Shown here: positions 12,018-25,828 of the stretch, in pieces
Layout: each line of letters opens with the position of its first letter
Numbering within the stretch: the first letter of the stretch is position 1
The notes under the pieces: model-generated
Databases searched by the model: none
Told to the model about the DNA's origin: nothing
What the model saw: the letters and a program-made list of their open reading frames with translations, nothing else
Translations under genes and position numbers: made by a program
DNA from: Escherichia coli
GTDB lineage: Bacteria > Pseudomonadota > Gammaproteobacteria > Enterobacterales > Enterobacteriaceae
Reading direction: 5' to 3' (one strand)
NCBI RefSeq assembly: GCF_024700885.2
Contig: NZ_CP117016.1
DNA: 64,000 nt

Positions 12018-12752
12018 GTGAAAGTCATCATTGTTGAAGACGAATTCCTGGCACAACAGGAACTGAGCTGGCTAATTAAAGAGCACAGCCAGATGGAGAT
12101 TGTCGGCACCTTTGACGACGGTCTGGACGTGTTGAAGTTTTTGCAGCATAACCGCGTCGACGCCATTTTTCTGGATATCAATATTCCGTCGCTGGACGGT
12201 GTGTTGCTGGCGCAAAACATCAGCCAGTTCGCCCATAAACCGTTTATTGTGTTCATCACCGCGTGGAAAGAACATGCGGTAGAAGCGTTTGAACTGGAAG
12301 CGTTTGACTACATTCTCAAACCGTATCAGGAGTCACGCATTACCGGGATGCTGCAAAAACTGGAAGCGGCCTGGCAGCAACAGCAGACCAGCAGTACGCC
12401 TGCCACGACGGTAACGCGTGAGAATGACACCATTAATCTGGTGAAAGATGAGCGAATAATCGTCACGCCAATTAACGATATCTATTACGCCGAAGCGCAC
12501 GAGAAAATGACCTTTGTCTATACGCGGCGTGAATCCTACGTAATGCCGATGAACATTACCGAGTTTTGCAGCAAGCTGCCGCCATCGCATTTTTTCCGCT
12601 GCCATCGCTCATTTTGTGTCAATCTGAACAAAATCCGCGAGATCGAACCGTGGTTTAATAACACCTATATTCTGCGGCTGAAAGATCTGGATTTTGAAGT
12701 GCCAGTCAGCCGCAGCAAAGTTAAAGAATTCCGCCAGTTAATGCATCTTTAA
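12018..12752 (+). CDS. ypdB: LytTR-family response regulator
   Basis: Receiver domain MKVIIVEDEFLAQQEL plus LytTR output domain; GTG at 12018 gives the expected 244 aa (six-frame ORF starts at 12000). Confidence 0.85.
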   Translation: MKVIIVEDEFLAQQELSWLIKEHSQMEIVGTFDDGLDVLKFLQHNRVDAIFLDINIPSLDGVLLAQNISQFAHKPFIVFITAWKEHAVEAFELEAFDYILKPYQESRITGMLQKLEAAWQQQQTSSTPATTVTRENDTINLVKDERIIVTPINDIYYAEAHEKMTFVYTRRESYVMPMNITEFCSKLPPSHFFRCHRSFCVNLNKIREIEPWFNNTYILRLKDLDFEVPVSRSKVKEFRQLMHL

Positions 12753-12764
12753 TCGGGAACTTTC

Positions 12765-13622
12765 ATGAAAGCACCAGGCTTGCCCGCCGATCAACAATTT
12801 TTCGCCGATCTGTTCAGCGGCCTGGTGCTTAACCCGCAACTACTGGGGCGCGTCTGGTTTGCCAGCCAGCCTGCCTCGTTACCGGTGGGCAGTTTATGTA
12901 TTGATTTTCCCCGTCTGGATATCGTGCTGCGCGGCGAATACGGCAATCTGCTGGAAGCAAAGCAGCAACGTATGGTTGAAGGAGAAATGCTGTTTATTCC
13001 AGCGCGCGCGGCTAATTTACCGATCAACAACAAACCGGTGATGCTGTTAAGCCTGGTGTTCGCACCGACCTGGCTTGGGTTATCGTTTTACGATAGCCGT
13101 ACCACGTCGTTGTTGCATCCTGCTCGCCAGATCCAACTTCCCAGCCTGCAACGCGGCGAAGGTGAAGCAATGCTTACTGCCCTCACCCATCTTAGCCGTT
13201 CGCCGCTGGAGCAGAATATCATTCAGCCGCTGGTGTTAAGTTTGCTGCATCTTTGCCGCAACGTGGTGAATATGCCGCCGGGTAATTCGCAGCCGCGCGG
13301 AGATTTTCTTTATCACAGCATTTGTAACTGGGTTCAGGATAATTATGCCCAGCCGCTCACCCGTGAGAGCGTGGCGCTGTTTTTTAATATCACGCCCAAT
13401 CATCTGTCAAAACTGTTTGCGCAGCATGGAACAATGCGTTTTATCGAATATGTGCGTTGGGTGCGAATGGCGAAGGCGAGGATGATTTTGCAGAAATATC
13501 ATCTGTCGATTCATGAAGTGGCGCAGCGTTGCGGCTTTCCGGACAGCGACTATTTTTGTCGCGTCTTCCGGCGTCAGTTTGGCCTGACGCCAGGAGAGTA
13601 CAGCGCCCGTTTTCAGGGCTAA
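12765..13622 (+). CDS. ypdC: AraC-family transcriptional regulator
   Basis: 285-aa ORF with C-terminal AraC-type HTH (YVRWVRMAKARMILQKYHLSIHEVAQRCGFPDSDYFCRVFRRQFGLTPGEY). Confidence 0.8.
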   Translation: MKAPGLPADQQFFADLFSGLVLNPQLLGRVWFASQPASLPVGSLCIDFPRLDIVLRGEYGNLLEAKQQRMVEGEMLFIPARAANLPINNKPVMLLSLVFAPTWLGLSFYDSRTTSLLHPARQIQLPSLQRGEGEAMLTALTHLSRSPLEQNIIQPLVLSLLHLCRNVVNMPPGNSQPRGDFLYHSICNWVQDNYAQPLTRESVALFFNITPNHLSKLFAQHGTMRFIEYVRWVRMAKARMILQKYHLSIHEVAQRCGFPDSDYFCRVFRRQFGLTPGEYSARFQG

Positions 13623-13624
13623 CG

Positions 13625-16120
13625 TCAGAAGGTTAATTCTGTTTCCAGCAGCGTCAGGATGCTTTGTGCATCTTGCGCGGCGAACAGCGACTGGCGGAAG
13701 TTTTTATTCACCAGTTTGCGCGCCAGCTGCGAGAAGACTTTCACATGGTTCATCCCTTCGTTAGCACCCAACGTCAGCATGATCACCAGTTCGACTTCGC
13801 CCATTTCTGACTGCCAGTCAACCGGTTTCACCAGCCGGGCAATGCTGATACTGGAATGACGGATCCACTGAGATTTGGTGTGCGGGATCGCTACGCCAAA
13901 ACCAACGCCGGTGGTAACAATCTCTTCCCGTTGCCAGACATCCTCTTCCAGCTCGAACGGATGTTCAGTGCGCCCGTTAACGCCGAGGTTACCGCACAGG
14001 AACTGGATCGCCTGCTCTTTATTGCTAAAGGCCTGATCAACGAAGATATTCTCCAGCGCCAGCAGCGGGCGAACGTCTTCTTCCGGCGTAAAGGCGGTGA
14101 GTAACGCTTCAATCTCCTGCGCGCTGCGACATTCACACGCCTGACGCGCCAGTTCCCGACACGCCTCGCTATCCAGTTGACGAAGCTGGCTTTTCACCGC
14201 CGGAATGCGCGGGCTACTCATACTCAGCTCATCCAAGCCCAGCCCAAGCAGTAGCGGCAGATAACGACTTTCACCGCCCAGTTCACCGCAAATACCTACC
14301 CATTTTCCGCGCTGATGCGCAGTGGTAATAATCTGCTGCAACATGCGCAGGAACGATGGCGTAATCGGGTTATACAGCGGCGATACGCGCGGGTTATTAC
14401 GATCGACCGCATACAGATACTGGGTCATATCGTTAGAACCGATACTGAAGAAATCGACCTCATCGCAGAAGTGGTCGATGATGTAGCACACCGACGGCAC
14501 TTCCACCATGATACCCAGCGTAATCGTCTCTGCATGACGCAGGCCATCGCGCTTAAGCTCAACGATCGCTTTTTGGATCTCGCCCTTCACCCATAAGATC
14601 TGATCGAGGCTGTGAACCATTGGGATCATCAACTGGGCGTTGCCGAAACTGGCGGCGCGCAAAATGGCCCGCAGTTGAGTGCGGAACAGGCCAGCAAATT
14701 CCGGGTAAATACGTACCGCGCGATAGCCGAGGAACGGGTTCTCTTCCTGGGGAATGTTGAGATAAGGAATGCTTTTATCGCCGCCGATGTCCATCGTGCG
14801 GAAGATAATCGGCTTGTCGCCCGCTGCCAGTAGCACCTGCTGGTAGGCTTCAAATTGCTCCTGCTCGTCCGGCGCGCTGTCGCGATCCATATAGAGCATT
14901 TCGGTACGGAACAGCCCGACGCCTTCCGCGCCGTTGGCAAACGCGCCAGGCGCTTCCAGAGCGGTGCCAATATTCGCCGCGATATCAATGCGCTTGTTAT
15001 CACGGGAATAGGCCAGCTGCGCGGCAGCCTGCGCCTGCTGCTGCTGACGTTTATCTGCCAGCGTCTGCGCAACCTGATAATAACCGCTCACCGCGTCATC
15101 AGGATTAATCGCCAGCACGCCGCACTGGGCGTCAAGCACTGCCGGTTGCCCGGCATAGCGCGCGATCGCATCCAGCGGCAAGCCACTTAGTACCGGGATC
15201 GCCGAGGCGCGGGCCAGAATCAGGGTATGCGAGGTGCGCCCGGTTTTCTCCAGAATCATGCCCGCAAGATTTTTTAAATCGAGGCTCAAAAACTGGCTTG
15301 GGGTTAAATCCTCGGCCACCAGAATAGTCGGTTTTTCCAGCACCAGATTGTTGCGCGGCTTCAGTTCCGGCCAGGTGATATGCAGCAACTGTTCGCTGAT
15401 ATCGCGAATGTCGCTGACCCGCTCGCGCAGATAATCGCTGGCAGAAGCAGATAGTTTGGCGCAAACCTGCTCCATATTGCTGATGATCGCCGCCCCCAGT
15501 CCCTGATGCTGTTCTGCCATAAGGCGACGGATATTGCCTGCAAATTCATCATCCTGAATCAGCGACAAATGGGCGCTGAGGATAGTTTTGCTTTCGCCGT
15601 CACGCTCGCGCAGTTGCTGGTTCAGTTGCTCGGCAAGCGTTGCCAGGCTGTGCTCCAGCCGGGTGGAGTCTTGCGCACTGGCCGGGATTGCCCGATAACT
15701 GTCGAGGCTGTCGCTCTGTAACAGGGTCAGCGTACCCACGCCGACGCCGCTTGCCAGCACATTGCCGTACAGTAAATCAGGATTCAGACGGCTTAATGAA
15801 CGCGGCAGCGGATGCGCCGTCAGTTCTACCTGCGTTGGCTGGACGCTGTCGCTGTCGATAAAGCGCACCTGGATGTACTCTTCCAGCACGCGCCGCGCCT
15901 GCTCTTCATCGCTGCCGCTAATGTTCAGGCTGCAACTGTCATTAAATAGGGTGCCGGTGCCAATCAGCGCCAGCGAGCTTTTCGCATCTGCCTTTGCGTT
16001 CTGGCGATGGTTGATGAAGGTGATTTCGCTTTGCCACTGGCTGCACTGTTCTTTAAGTTCCCACGCCGGACGAGCATGCAGACCGTTAGGCAGAGGACAG
16101 AGAAATTGAATCGTTAGCAT
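13625..16120 (-). CDS. fryA: Multiphosphoryl transfer protein of a fructose-like PTS (HPr, Enzyme I and IIA domains fused)
   Basis: 831-aa ORF; N-terminal HPr-like domain, central PEP-utilising Enzyme I region (GGRTSHTLILARA), C-terminal IIA-like domain. Confidence 0.85.
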   Translation of the reverse strand: MLTIQFLCPLPNGLHARPAWELKEQCSQWQSEITFINHRQNAKADAKSSLALIGTGTLFNDSCSLNISGSDEEQARRVLEEYIQVRFIDSDSVQPTQVELTAHPLPRSLSRLNPDLLYGNVLASGVGVGTLTLLQSDSLDSYRAIPASAQDSTRLEHSLATLAEQLNQQLRERDGESKTILSAHLSLIQDDEFAGNIRRLMAEQHQGLGAAIISNMEQVCAKLSASASDYLRERVSDIRDISEQLLHITWPELKPRNNLVLEKPTILVAEDLTPSQFLSLDLKNLAGMILEKTGRTSHTLILARASAIPVLSGLPLDAIARYAGQPAVLDAQCGVLAINPDDAVSGYYQVAQTLADKRQQQQAQAAAQLAYSRDNKRIDIAANIGTALEAPGAFANGAEGVGLFRTEMLYMDRDSAPDEQEQFEAYQQVLLAAGDKPIIFRTMDIGGDKSIPYLNIPQEENPFLGYRAVRIYPEFAGLFRTQLRAILRAASFGNAQLMIPMVHSLDQILWVKGEIQKAIVELKRDGLRHAETITLGIMVEVPSVCYIIDHFCDEVDFFSIGSNDMTQYLYAVDRNNPRVSPLYNPITPSFLRMLQQIITTAHQRGKWVGICGELGGESRYLPLLLGLGLDELSMSSPRIPAVKSQLRQLDSEACRELARQACECRSAQEIEALLTAFTPEEDVRPLLALENIFVDQAFSNKEQAIQFLCGNLGVNGRTEHPFELEEDVWQREEIVTTGVGFGVAIPHTKSQWIRHSSISIARLVKPVDWQSEMGEVELVIMLTLGANEGMNHVKVFSQLARKLVNKNFRQSLFAAQDAQSILTLLETELTF

Positions 16121-16144
16121 AACCGCTCCGGGTTAATCAGGAGA

Positions 16145-17182
16145 TCATCTGAAATCCGTCAGTTGAACAACCGTCTCACGCGTAAGACGTTGAATAAGGG
16201 CAGATAAAAGTTGCTGCATCTGCAAAATGTCGCGACAATCGGCAATCGATGCCGCGCAATGTCCGTGGCGGGTGGCAGGCCCCATCACCACTGTGGGTAC
16301 GCCAGTGCCGGTTAAGTGCACCGCCCCACCGTCCGTGCCACCGTTGCTGAACATATCCGCCTGCAACGGCACGCCAATTTCTGCCGCCACGGTTTCAATC
16401 CACGCGGTAAGTTTTGGCGGCGCAATCAGCGATTTATCGCTTAACACCAGCATCGGGCCGTTACCAATCTGACGATGGTTAGCCGCGCCATAATCAAAGT
16501 TTTTCGCCCAGCAGGCGGTATCAAGCACAATGGCGACATCCGGCGACACCGCGCGGGTGGCAGTTTGCCCGCCGCGTAATCCCACCTCTTCGCTGGAGCT
16601 GGCCACCAGCCACACTTCCGCAGGCAGTTCGGCATCATGCAGCTCACGTAGTAACGTCACCAGCAGATAGCAACCGAGGCGGTCATCAAAGGCTTTCCCC
16701 ATCACTCGCTGGTGGGGTAGAACCTGAAAAGTGGTATCGAAGGTGACGCGATCGCCTGGACGAATTCCCGCCTGCATCACTTCGTCATACGAGCGCGCGC
16801 CAATGTCCACGCGCATGGCGCTAACATCATTCCCCTGCCGGTCGTCGTCAAGCAGGCCTGGAATTTTGCACTCTTCACGGGTGGTGATGCGCACCGGCTG
16901 CAGCTGGCGGGCAGCCATGCGCACATTGCCAACCGGCAGCACGTCAATAGCCCCTTCGCGGGAGATGCTGCGCACCATAAATCCCACTTCATCCATATGC
17001 GCACAGATCATCACCTTCGGACCTGTCGACTCATTGAGTCGGATCAGCACCGATCCCAGCCCATCAAATCGCACTTCTTTTTGCAGGCGATCCGCTTCTT
17101 CCAGCAGGATCTGCCGTACTTCCTGTTCCGAGGAGGCGATCGCATCTGCCTCGCTCAACGCTTTTAATAGCGATAAATCCAT
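16145..17182 (-). CDS. ypdE: M42-family aminopeptidase
   Basis: 345-aa ORF with peptidase M42-like motifs; embedded in the fry operon. Confidence 0.8.
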   Translation of the reverse strand: MDLSLLKALSEADAIASSEQEVRQILLEEADRLQKEVRFDGLGSVLIRLNESTGPKVMICAHMDEVGFMVRSISREGAIDVLPVGNVRMAARQLQPVRITTREECKIPGLLDDDRQGNDVSAMRVDIGARSYDEVMQAGIRPGDRVTFDTTFQVLPHQRVMGKAFDDRLGCYLLVTLLRELHDAELPAEVWLVASSSEEVGLRGGQTATRAVSPDVAIVLDTACWAKNFDYGAANHRQIGNGPMLVLSDKSLIAPPKLTAWIETVAAEIGVPLQADMFSNGGTDGGAVHLTGTGVPTVVMGPATRHGHCAASIADCRDILQMQQLLSALIQRLTRETVVQLTDFR

Positions 17183-18267
17183 TATGCCTCTCCCGTGAGC
17201 AACACTGTTTTCGGCATGGCGTAGAGCACTTCTGCTCCTTGCGGGGTAACCAGCACAACATCTTCGATGCGCACGCCCCCTTGCCCTGGCAAATAAATCC
17301 CCGGCTCCACGGTCAGCAACATGCCTGGCTGTAGCGTCGTGGTGTCCCGCGGTGAAAAACGCGGATCTTCATGGACTTCAATGCCGATAGCGTGACCGGT
17401 GTTATGACCGAAATAGTCGCCATAACCTGCTTCTGTAATGACCCGGCGCGCGGCGTCGTCAACCTGCTGGCAGCGCACGCCGGGGCGAATTGCAGAGATT
17501 GCTGCGAGCTGTGCTTGCAGGACAATCTGATAGACGTTAAACAGCGGGTGGGATTCGGCACTTACCCCTTCGCCATTCACCAGCAAGGTGCGCGTCATAT
17601 CAGAGCAGTAGCCCTGATACAGCGCACCAAAATCAAGAGTGACAAACTCGCCCGCTGCAACAATCTTGTCGCTGGCTTTACCGTGCGGCAGCGCGCCACG
17701 CCAGCCGCTGGCGACAATGGTATCGAAAGAGGCTTTTTCTGCGCCCTGCTGGCGCATAAACCACTCCAGTTCAGCGGCTATCTCGCGCTCGCTCATCCCC
17801 GCCTGAATAAAGCGGCGAATATGCTCAGCACCGCGATCGGCAATCCCACAGGCGAGGCGGATTTTCTCCACCTCCTCTGGCGTTTTGATTTGCCGCAGCA
17901 CATCCGGCGTGGCGCTAACCAGTTTCGCATTGAGTTCAGACTGCCAGCGGTGCGCGGTTTCCCAACTCACCTGCTGGCCTTCAAAACCGAGCGTTTGCAA
18001 CTGCTCATCGGCAATGATTTGATTGACGATAGTGGTAAGCGTGTTCGTCGCGTCAAGCAAATGCAGCTGGTAGCCTTGCGTGCGGGCTTCTACATCCGCG
18101 TAGTAGCGCGAATCCACCAGAATGTGCGCACTTACACGGCTAATCACCACATAGCCTGATCCGGTGGAGATCCCCAGATGCGGCTGTTTGTTCTGCCGTG
18201 AGGAGAGAAGCACCGCATCCAGTTGTTGCGCCTTAAGCCAGTCGCGCAGCGAAGCGAGTAATGTCAT
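17182..18267 (-). CDS. ypdF: Xaa-Pro aminopeptidase (M24 family)
   Basis: 361-aa ORF with M24 motifs ([13 protein letters not shown]); stop overlaps the ypdE start. Confidence 0.8.
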   Translation of the reverse strand: MTLLASLRDWLKAQQLDAVLLSSRQNKQPHLGISTGSGYVVISRVSAHILVDSRYYADVEARTQGYQLHLLDATNTLTTIVNQIIADEQLQTLGFEGQQVSWETAHRWQSELNAKLVSATPDVLRQIKTPEEVEKIRLACGIADRGAEHIRRFIQAGMSEREIAAELEWFMRQQGAEKASFDTIVASGWRGALPHGKASDKIVAAGEFVTLDFGALYQGYCSDMTRTLLVNGEGVSAESHPLFNVYQIVLQAQLAAISAIRPGVRCQQVDDAARRVITEAGYGDYFGHNTGHAIGIEVHEDPRFSPRDTTTLQPGMLLTVEPGIYLPGQGGVRIEDVVLVTPQGAEVLYAMPKTVLLTGEA

Positions 18268-18281
18268 CAGGATTGTCCTTC

Positions 18282-19529
18282 TTACAGGCTATCGATTAAC
18301 AATTTGCCTTTACGGAACATCATCAGACGCAGGAACACCACCATCAGCGCAGTAATGACTGCCCCCAGCGCGATCCCCGCCATGTAGACGCCGAGGTTAG
18401 TGACCAGTGGCCATGCCCAGATAGCGGATTCCGGGAACCATTGCACTGCGCCCAGCCAGACTGCAGCGGTTGAGCCGACAATCGCGCCAACCATATAGGA
18501 CGGAATGGCGGTGATGGGACTTTCCAGTGCAAACGGAATCGCACCTTCACTGATCCCCATAAAGGCAAGGAACATGGCGGTTTTACCCTGCGGATAAAGC
18601 TGAGCGTTGAACAGGCGTTTGCCGGTTAAACGACGGTCAATAATGGTCGCCAGACCCAGACCAATCGGCGGAATAACAATAGCGATGGAACGTGCGGTGA
18701 CCGGTAATACGTGGTCCGTGGTAAAGCTGAAGGCAACGAAACCTGCGGCTTTGTTGATCGGGCCACCAAGGTCGATTGCTGTCGCCGCGGCGATCCCCAT
18801 CGCATACATTAGCGCGCCCTTCTCACCTGCGGCAGTCAGCACGGCACGAATACCGCCGTTGATCCAGCCACCAAAGGGGGTGATGACGTAGTACATCGCC
18901 AGCATGACAAAAATGGCGGAAAGAATCGGTAGCAAAAATGTGGTTTTGAACGCTAACAGGAAATCCGGTAACTGGATTTTCTGGTTCATCCACTTCACAA
19001 GGTAACCCGCAACGATAGAAATAATCAGGGCACCAATGAAGGTGGACGGCACCGGCGAAGAGGTCGCCCATTGCATCGTGCTGGGATCGAAGTTCAGCAG
19101 TTGCGTCGGCTGGGTAGACATCAAGCCGCCGATAAAACCAGCCGGGAACGCCAGTTTGCCACCGATAGAGTTCGCCACAAATGCAGCAAACATCGGAATG
19201 GCGAAACCAAACAACACGCCGCCGAAGGATTGCGACAGCCAGGCAAATTTCAGTAAGGAAAGGTCGAAACCGGAGAATTTCCCGCTATTAAGAGCATCCA
19301 TGATGCCGATATCAGCAGGAATTTTAAGCCAGCTATAAGCAATCAGCTGGCTGAAAGCGAGGATCACACCACCCATAATTAAGGTCGGCACCATGCGTGA
19401 AATCCCTGACATCACATGCTGCGGGAGTTCACCCCAGAAGCTGCTTTTAGAGGCCTGCGGATTCTTAACTGCCGCTGCCGCACCGGATGCGCCAGGCACA
19501 ACGGTTGCACTGCGTTTTTTAATGGCCAT
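18282..19529 (-). CDS. fryC: PTS fructose-like permease IIC component
   Basis: 415-aa polytopic membrane protein with EIIC-Fru-type sequence. Confidence 0.85.
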   Translation of the reverse strand: MAIKKRSATVVPGASGAAAAVKNPQASKSSFWGELPQHVMSGISRMVPTLIMGGVILAFSQLIAYSWLKIPADIGIMDALNSGKFSGFDLSLLKFAWLSQSFGGVLFGFAIPMFAAFVANSIGGKLAFPAGFIGGLMSTQPTQLLNFDPSTMQWATSSPVPSTFIGALIISIVAGYLVKWMNQKIQLPDFLLAFKTTFLLPILSAIFVMLAMYYVITPFGGWINGGIRAVLTAAGEKGALMYAMGIAAATAIDLGGPINKAAGFVAFSFTTDHVLPVTARSIAIVIPPIGLGLATIIDRRLTGKRLFNAQLYPQGKTAMFLAFMGISEGAIPFALESPITAIPSYMVGAIVGSTAAVWLGAVQWFPESAIWAWPLVTNLGVYMAGIALGAVITALMVVFLRLMMFRKGKLLIDSL

Positions 19530-19550
19530 AACAATTATCCCTGTCGAATA

Positions 19551-19877
19551 TTACTGTTGTTCAGAGGCAATCATCTCTTCGATTTCTTTGATGATGCCCG
19601 CAGCGTTTTTAATTGCGTCCTGCAAAGTGATTTCATAAACGTCGCGTGATTCGAAACGTTCGTTATCTTCCGGGGTAACCGCCACGGAGTGGATGATGAT
19701 GGTCGCTTCGGCGATATCCTGCGCGGTCAGGCGATTCTGGATGCCGTCCGCGCCCTGAGTTTCAATTTTCACTTCATAGCCTGCTTCCACCGCCGCTTCT
19801 TCCAGCGCCTGGGCTGCCATAAAGGTGTGAGCCAGACCCATCGGGCAGGCACATAAAGCAATCAGTTTCTTACTCAT
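19551..19877 (-). CDS. fryB: PTS fructose-like IIB component
   Basis: MSKKLIALCACPMGLAHTF with the IIB phosphocysteine motif; internal ATG at 19877 gives 108 aa (six-frame ORF extends to 19928). Confidence 0.8.
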   Translation of the reverse strand: MSKKLIALCACPMGLAHTFMAAQALEEAAVEAGYEVKIETQGADGIQNRLTAQDIAEATIIIHSVAVTPEDNERFESRDVYEITLQDAIKNAAGIIKEIEEMIASEQQ

Positions 19878-20049
19878 CGTTAATTCCTCGTTCAGTGATA
19901 GTTGACGAGTGAAATTATGAACGTGCAAAACAAATCGCCGTTACCAGACAAATAATGCATTTACTGGAGAATTAATCCCGCTGTACGGAAGTGTGACGCA
20001 GGTCGGCCTTGTGAGGAGGACACAAAGAAAAATTGAATTAACTGTATGA

Positions 20050-20082
20050 TTTAAAAGATTATCGGGAGAGTTACCTCCCGAT
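20050..20082 (-). terminator. Putative terminator downstream of glk
   Basis: Stem tatcgggag / ctcccgata (20059-20082) followed on the minus strand by a T-rich tract. Confidence 0.4.
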
Positions 20083-20096
20083 ATAACAGGAAGGAT

Positions 20097-21062
20097 TTAC
20101 AGAATGTGACCTAAGGTCTGGCGTAAATGTGCACCGGAACCGAGAAGACCCGGATTGTCATGGACGATGAGATACACCGGAATATCATGGACATATTCTT
20201 TAAAGCGCCCTTTATCTTCAAATGCGGCACGGAAACCAGAGGCTTTGAAGAACTCAAGGAAGCGCGGCACGATACCACCCGCAATAAACACGCCGCCAAA
20301 TGTCCCGAGATTGAGCGCCAGATTGCCGCCAAAACGGCCCATAATGACGCAAAACAGCGACAACGCGCGGCGGCAATCGGTGCAGCTGTCAGCCAGCGCA
20401 CGTTCGGTAATATCTTTTGGCTTGAGATTTTCTGGCAGGCGGTTGTCGGCTTTCACAATCGCGCGATACAAATTCACCAGCCCAGGACCAGAAAGCACGC
20501 GCTCTGCCGAAACATGACCAATTTCTGCACGCAGTATTTCGAGGATAATGCCCTCTTCTTCACTATTCGGCGCAAAATCAACGTGACCGCCTTCGCCTGG
20601 CAAGCTTACCCAACGCTTATCGACATGGACCAGATGCGCAACCCCAAGCCCCGTTCCGGCACCGTAAACCGCAATAGGCTTACCTTCGACCGGTTCTGCG
20701 CCACCAAACTGAATCAGATGCTCTTTTTTCAGCATCGGGATCGCCATCGATACAGCGGTAAAATCGTTAATAATTTCCAGATGGCTAAAACCGAGATTCT
20801 TTTTCATTTCGGCAATTGAGAACGCCCAGGTATGGTTGGTCATTGCCACCCAGTCACCGGTAATTGGGCAAGCAATGGCAATACAGCCGTCTTTCACCTC
20901 GACCTTATGTTCTTCAAGATAAACGCGAATGACCGCTTCGAGGCTGGGGTAATCAAGCCCTGAATAGGTCTTAGCCTGCGAGATTTCACCACTGGCAATA
21001 TCACACAGAGCAAGACGTGCGTTGGTGCCGCCCACATCACCGACTAATGCATACTTTGTCAT
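20097..21062 (-). CDS. glk: Glucokinase
   Basis: 321-aa [27 protein letters not shown]/glucokinase ATP-binding motif. Confidence 0.9.
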   Translation of the reverse strand: MTKYALVGDVGGTNARLALCDIASGEISQAKTYSGLDYPSLEAVIRVYLEEHKVEVKDGCIAIACPITGDWVAMTNHTWAFSIAEMKKNLGFSHLEIINDFTAVSMAIPMLKKEHLIQFGGAEPVEGKPIAVYGAGTGLGVAHLVHVDKRWVSLPGEGGHVDFAPNSEEEGIILEILRAEIGHVSAERVLSGPGLVNLYRAIVKADNRLPENLKPKDITERALADSCTDCRRALSLFCVIMGRFGGNLALNLGTFGGVFIAGGIVPRFLEFFKASGFRAAFEDKGRFKEYVHDIPVYLIVHDNPGLLGSGAHLRQTLGHIL

Positions 21063-21265
21063 TCTTCAACTGCTCCGCTAAAGTCAAAATAATTCTTTCT
21101 CACACTGTAAATACCTGGGGGCATAACAACAACGCCGGAAAGGCAGGCTCCCTGTAAATATCGATCTGGGTCACACAATTACTTTATCGTTTCAGCACCA
21201 ATTGCAGCGATGCCTTTTTGCAAGCTGGGCAAACTAAGTATCTGACCCCGCATAAGGAATAGAAC

Positions 21266-22522
21266 ATGCTCCATCCGCGAGCCAGAACCATGTTGTTATT
21301 ATCGCTCCCCGCCGTGGCAATTGGGATTGCGTCCAGTCTTATTCTGATTGTGGTGATGAAAATCGCCTCGGTATTACAGAATTTGCTCTGGCAACGACTG
21401 CCGGGAACTCTGGGGATAGCTCAGGATTCACCTTTCTGGATCATCGCCATATTAACGCTAACAGGTATTGCGGTGGGGTTGGTTATCCGTTTCAGCCAGA
21501 GGCATGCTGGACCAGACCCCGCCTGTGAACCGCTGATCGGCGCACCGGTTCCGCCCTCTGCGCTACCTGGACTTATCGTAGCATTAATTCTCGGTCTTGC
21601 TGGCGGCGTCAGCCTGGGGCCGGAACATCCGATCATGACCGTCAATATCGCCCTTGCGGTTGCCATTGGCGCTCGTCTGTTACCGCGCGTCAACCGAATG
21701 GAGTGGACTATTTTAGCCTCTGCCGGCACCATCGGCGCGCTGTTTGGCACACCTGTTGCGGCGGCGTTGATATTTTCGCAAACCTTAAATGGCAGTAGTG
21801 AAGTTCCGCTATGGGATCGTCTTTTTGCGCCATTAATGGCGGCAGCAGCTGGTGCACTTACTACCGGATTATTTTTCCATCCCCATTTTTCACTGCCCAT
21901 TGCGCATTACGGACAAATGGAAATGACCGATATTCTCAGCGGTGCAATTGTCGCGGCGATTGCCATCGCAGCAGGGATGGTCGCCGTATGGTGCTTACCA
22001 CGGTTGCACGCGATGATGCATCAAATGAAAAATCCGGTGCTCGTGCTGGGTATTGGCGGATTTATTCTCGGTATTCTGGGGGTTATTGGTGGACCAGTTT
22101 CGCTGTTTAAAGGGCTGGATGAGATGCAGCAGATGGTGGCAAATCAGGCTTTCAGCACCAGCGATTACTTTTTGCTGGCGGTAATTAAACTTGCCGCCCT
22201 GGTCGTTGCTGCCGCCAGTGGCTTTCGCGGTGGGCGAATCTTCCCGGCAGTGTTTGTCGGCGTGGCATTAGGGTTGATGCTGCATGAGCACGTTCCCGCC
22301 GTTCCAGCAGCAATAACCGTTTCCTGCGCTATTCTCGGCATCGTGCTGGTGGTAACACGCGATGGCTGGTTAAGTCTTTTTATGGCGGCAGTCGTTGTAC
22401 CCAATACCACATTGCTACCGCTGCTCTGTATCGTCATGCTTCCGGCATGGCTGTTATTAGCAGGTAAGCCGATGATGATGGTCAATCGTCCGAAGCAACA
22501 GCCACCCCACGATAACGTTTAG
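21266..22522 (+). CDS. yfeO: Putative ion-channel membrane protein (ClC-like)
   Basis: 418-aa highly hydrophobic ORF; position between glk and ypeC. Confidence 0.75.
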   Translation: MLHPRARTMLLLSLPAVAIGIASSLILIVVMKIASVLQNLLWQRLPGTLGIAQDSPFWIIAILTLTGIAVGLVIRFSQRHAGPDPACEPLIGAPVPPSALPGLIVALILGLAGGVSLGPEHPIMTVNIALAVAIGARLLPRVNRMEWTILASAGTIGALFGTPVAAALIFSQTLNGSSEVPLWDRLFAPLMAAAAGALTTGLFFHPHFSLPIAHYGQMEMTDILSGAIVAAIAIAAGMVAVWCLPRLHAMMHQMKNPVLVLGIGGFILGILGVIGGPVSLFKGLDEMQQMVANQAFSTSDYFLLAVIKLAALVVAAASGFRGGRIFPAVFVGVALGLMLHEHVPAVPAAITVSCAILGIVLVVTRDGWLSLFMAAVVVPNTTLLPLLCIVMLPAWLLLAGKPMMMVNRPKQQPPHDNV

Positions 22523-22636
22523 CAAAAAATGCTCTCCTTTATGATTTAAGAGTTATGGCGATGATACGGGGCTTTACCTCCCCGTAATATTGCGTTAACA
22601 GGCCGCTGACGGCTTCGATCGTGAAGGAGAATAACA

Positions 22637-22963
22637 ATGTTCAGGTCACTGTTTCTGGCGGCCGCCCTGATGGCATTTACCCCGCTTGCGGCAAACGCAG
22701 GTGAAATCACCCTACTGCCATCAATCAAATTACAAATTGGCGATCGCGATCATTACGGTAATTACTGGGACGGTGGTCACTGGCGCGACCGTGACTACTG
22801 GCATCGCAATTATGAATGGCGTAAGAACCGCTGGTGGCGTCATGATAATGGCTACCATCGTGGCTGGGATAAGCGTAAAGCGTATGAGCGTGGCTATCGT
22901 GAAGGCTGGCGCGATCGTGACGATCATCGTGGAAAAGGCCGCGGACATGGACATCGCCATTAA
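22637..22963 (+). CDS. ypeC: Secreted small protein rich in Arg, Asp, His, Trp and Tyr (DUF2502-like)
   Basis: 108-aa ORF with signal peptide [21 protein letters not shown] and a repetitive charged/aromatic C-terminus. Confidence 0.7.
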
Positions 22964-22987
22964 ACACATTCGCCAATGGAGCACAAT

Positions 22988-23005
22988 GCCTGATGCGACG
23001 CTAGT
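22988..23005. repeat. Left half of a REP/palindromic unit interrupted by the IS insertion
   Basis: gcctgatgcgacgctagt; together with 24438-24459 it reconstitutes a REP of the same type as the intact copy at 46393-46428. Confidence 0.6.
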
Positions 23006-23047
23006 TGAACTGCACCCCAAATGTTGGACATAATCTGACATCTGAAG

Positions 23048-23578
23048 GTGCAGTTTATGAAACATTCATTTGAAGTAAAACTTGCCGCTGTAAATCATTA
23101 CCTGGCCGGTCATGCAGGCATCATTTCTACGGCAAAACTCTTTCAACTTTCTCACACCAGCCTCTCACACTGGATTAATCTTTTTCTTCTTCACGGTCCT
23201 CGGGCACTGGATTGCAGACACAAGCGTAGCTATTCTCCTGAAGATAAACTTTGCGTGGTTCTTTATGCTCTCGGGCATTCTGAGTCTCTACCCCGGGTAG
23301 CTGCCCGGTTTAACATTCCCAGCCACAACACGGTTAAAAACTGGATAAAAGGCTACCGCAAATCTGGTAATGAGGCCTTTATCAGGCGCAGGAAGGAGAA
23401 AAGCATGACCCGTTCTGATGATACCCATGAAAACGAGGCAAACATGACGCCGGAAGAGATGAAGAATGAGCTGCGTTATCTTCGCGCAGAAAATGCATAT
23501 CTGAAAGCCATGCAGGAGCATCTCCTGGAAAAAAAGCGCCAGGAGCTGGAGAAAAAACGAAAGTCATCCGGAGCCTGA
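23048..23578 (+). CDS. IS3-family transposase OrfA (HTH DNA-binding part)
   Basis: 176-aa ORF with HTH and leucine-zipper-like C-terminus; A6C slippery run at 23552-23558 near its 3' end. Confidence 0.8.
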   Translation: MQFMKHSFEVKLAAVNHYLAGHAGIISTAKLFQLSHTSLSHWINLFLLHGPRALDCRHKRSYSPEDKLCVVLYALGHSESLPRVAARFNIPSHNTVKNWIKGYRKSGNEAFIRRRKEKSMTRSDDTHENEANMTPEEMKNELRYLRAENAYLKAMQEHLLEKKRQELEKKRKSSGA

Positions 23579-23682
23579 GGTGCGGACACTGCCAGCCTGA
23601 CCTGTTAAAGGCTGCAGGGCTGGCCAGAAGCACGCTGTACTACCAGCTGTCACTGCAGAAGGCTAAGGACAAGTATGCTGAT

Positions 23683-24535
<853 letters not shown>

Positions 24536-24540
24536 TTGAA

Positions 24541-25788
<1,248 letters not shown>

Positions 25789-25791
25789 CTA

Positions 25792-25813
25792 AAACATAGC
25801 CTTTGCTATGTTT
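25792..25813 (-). promoter_or_regulatory. MntR operator palindrome in the mntH leader
   Basis: AAACATAGC-N4-GCTATGTTT perfect inverted repeat 13-34 nt upstream of the mntH ATG, between the likely -10 and the SD. Confidence 0.6.
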
Positions 25814-25828
25814 CATGCTATGCTAAAC

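Noticed and set aside
17371-18159. 262-aa ORF antisense to ypdF
   Set aside because: Shadow ORF within a well-supported peptidase gene.
22686-23065. Overlapping 111-aa and 115-aa ORFs in alternative frames across ypeC
   Set aside because: Generated by the repetitive codon composition of ypeC; the ypeC frame has the signal peptide and a sensible start context.
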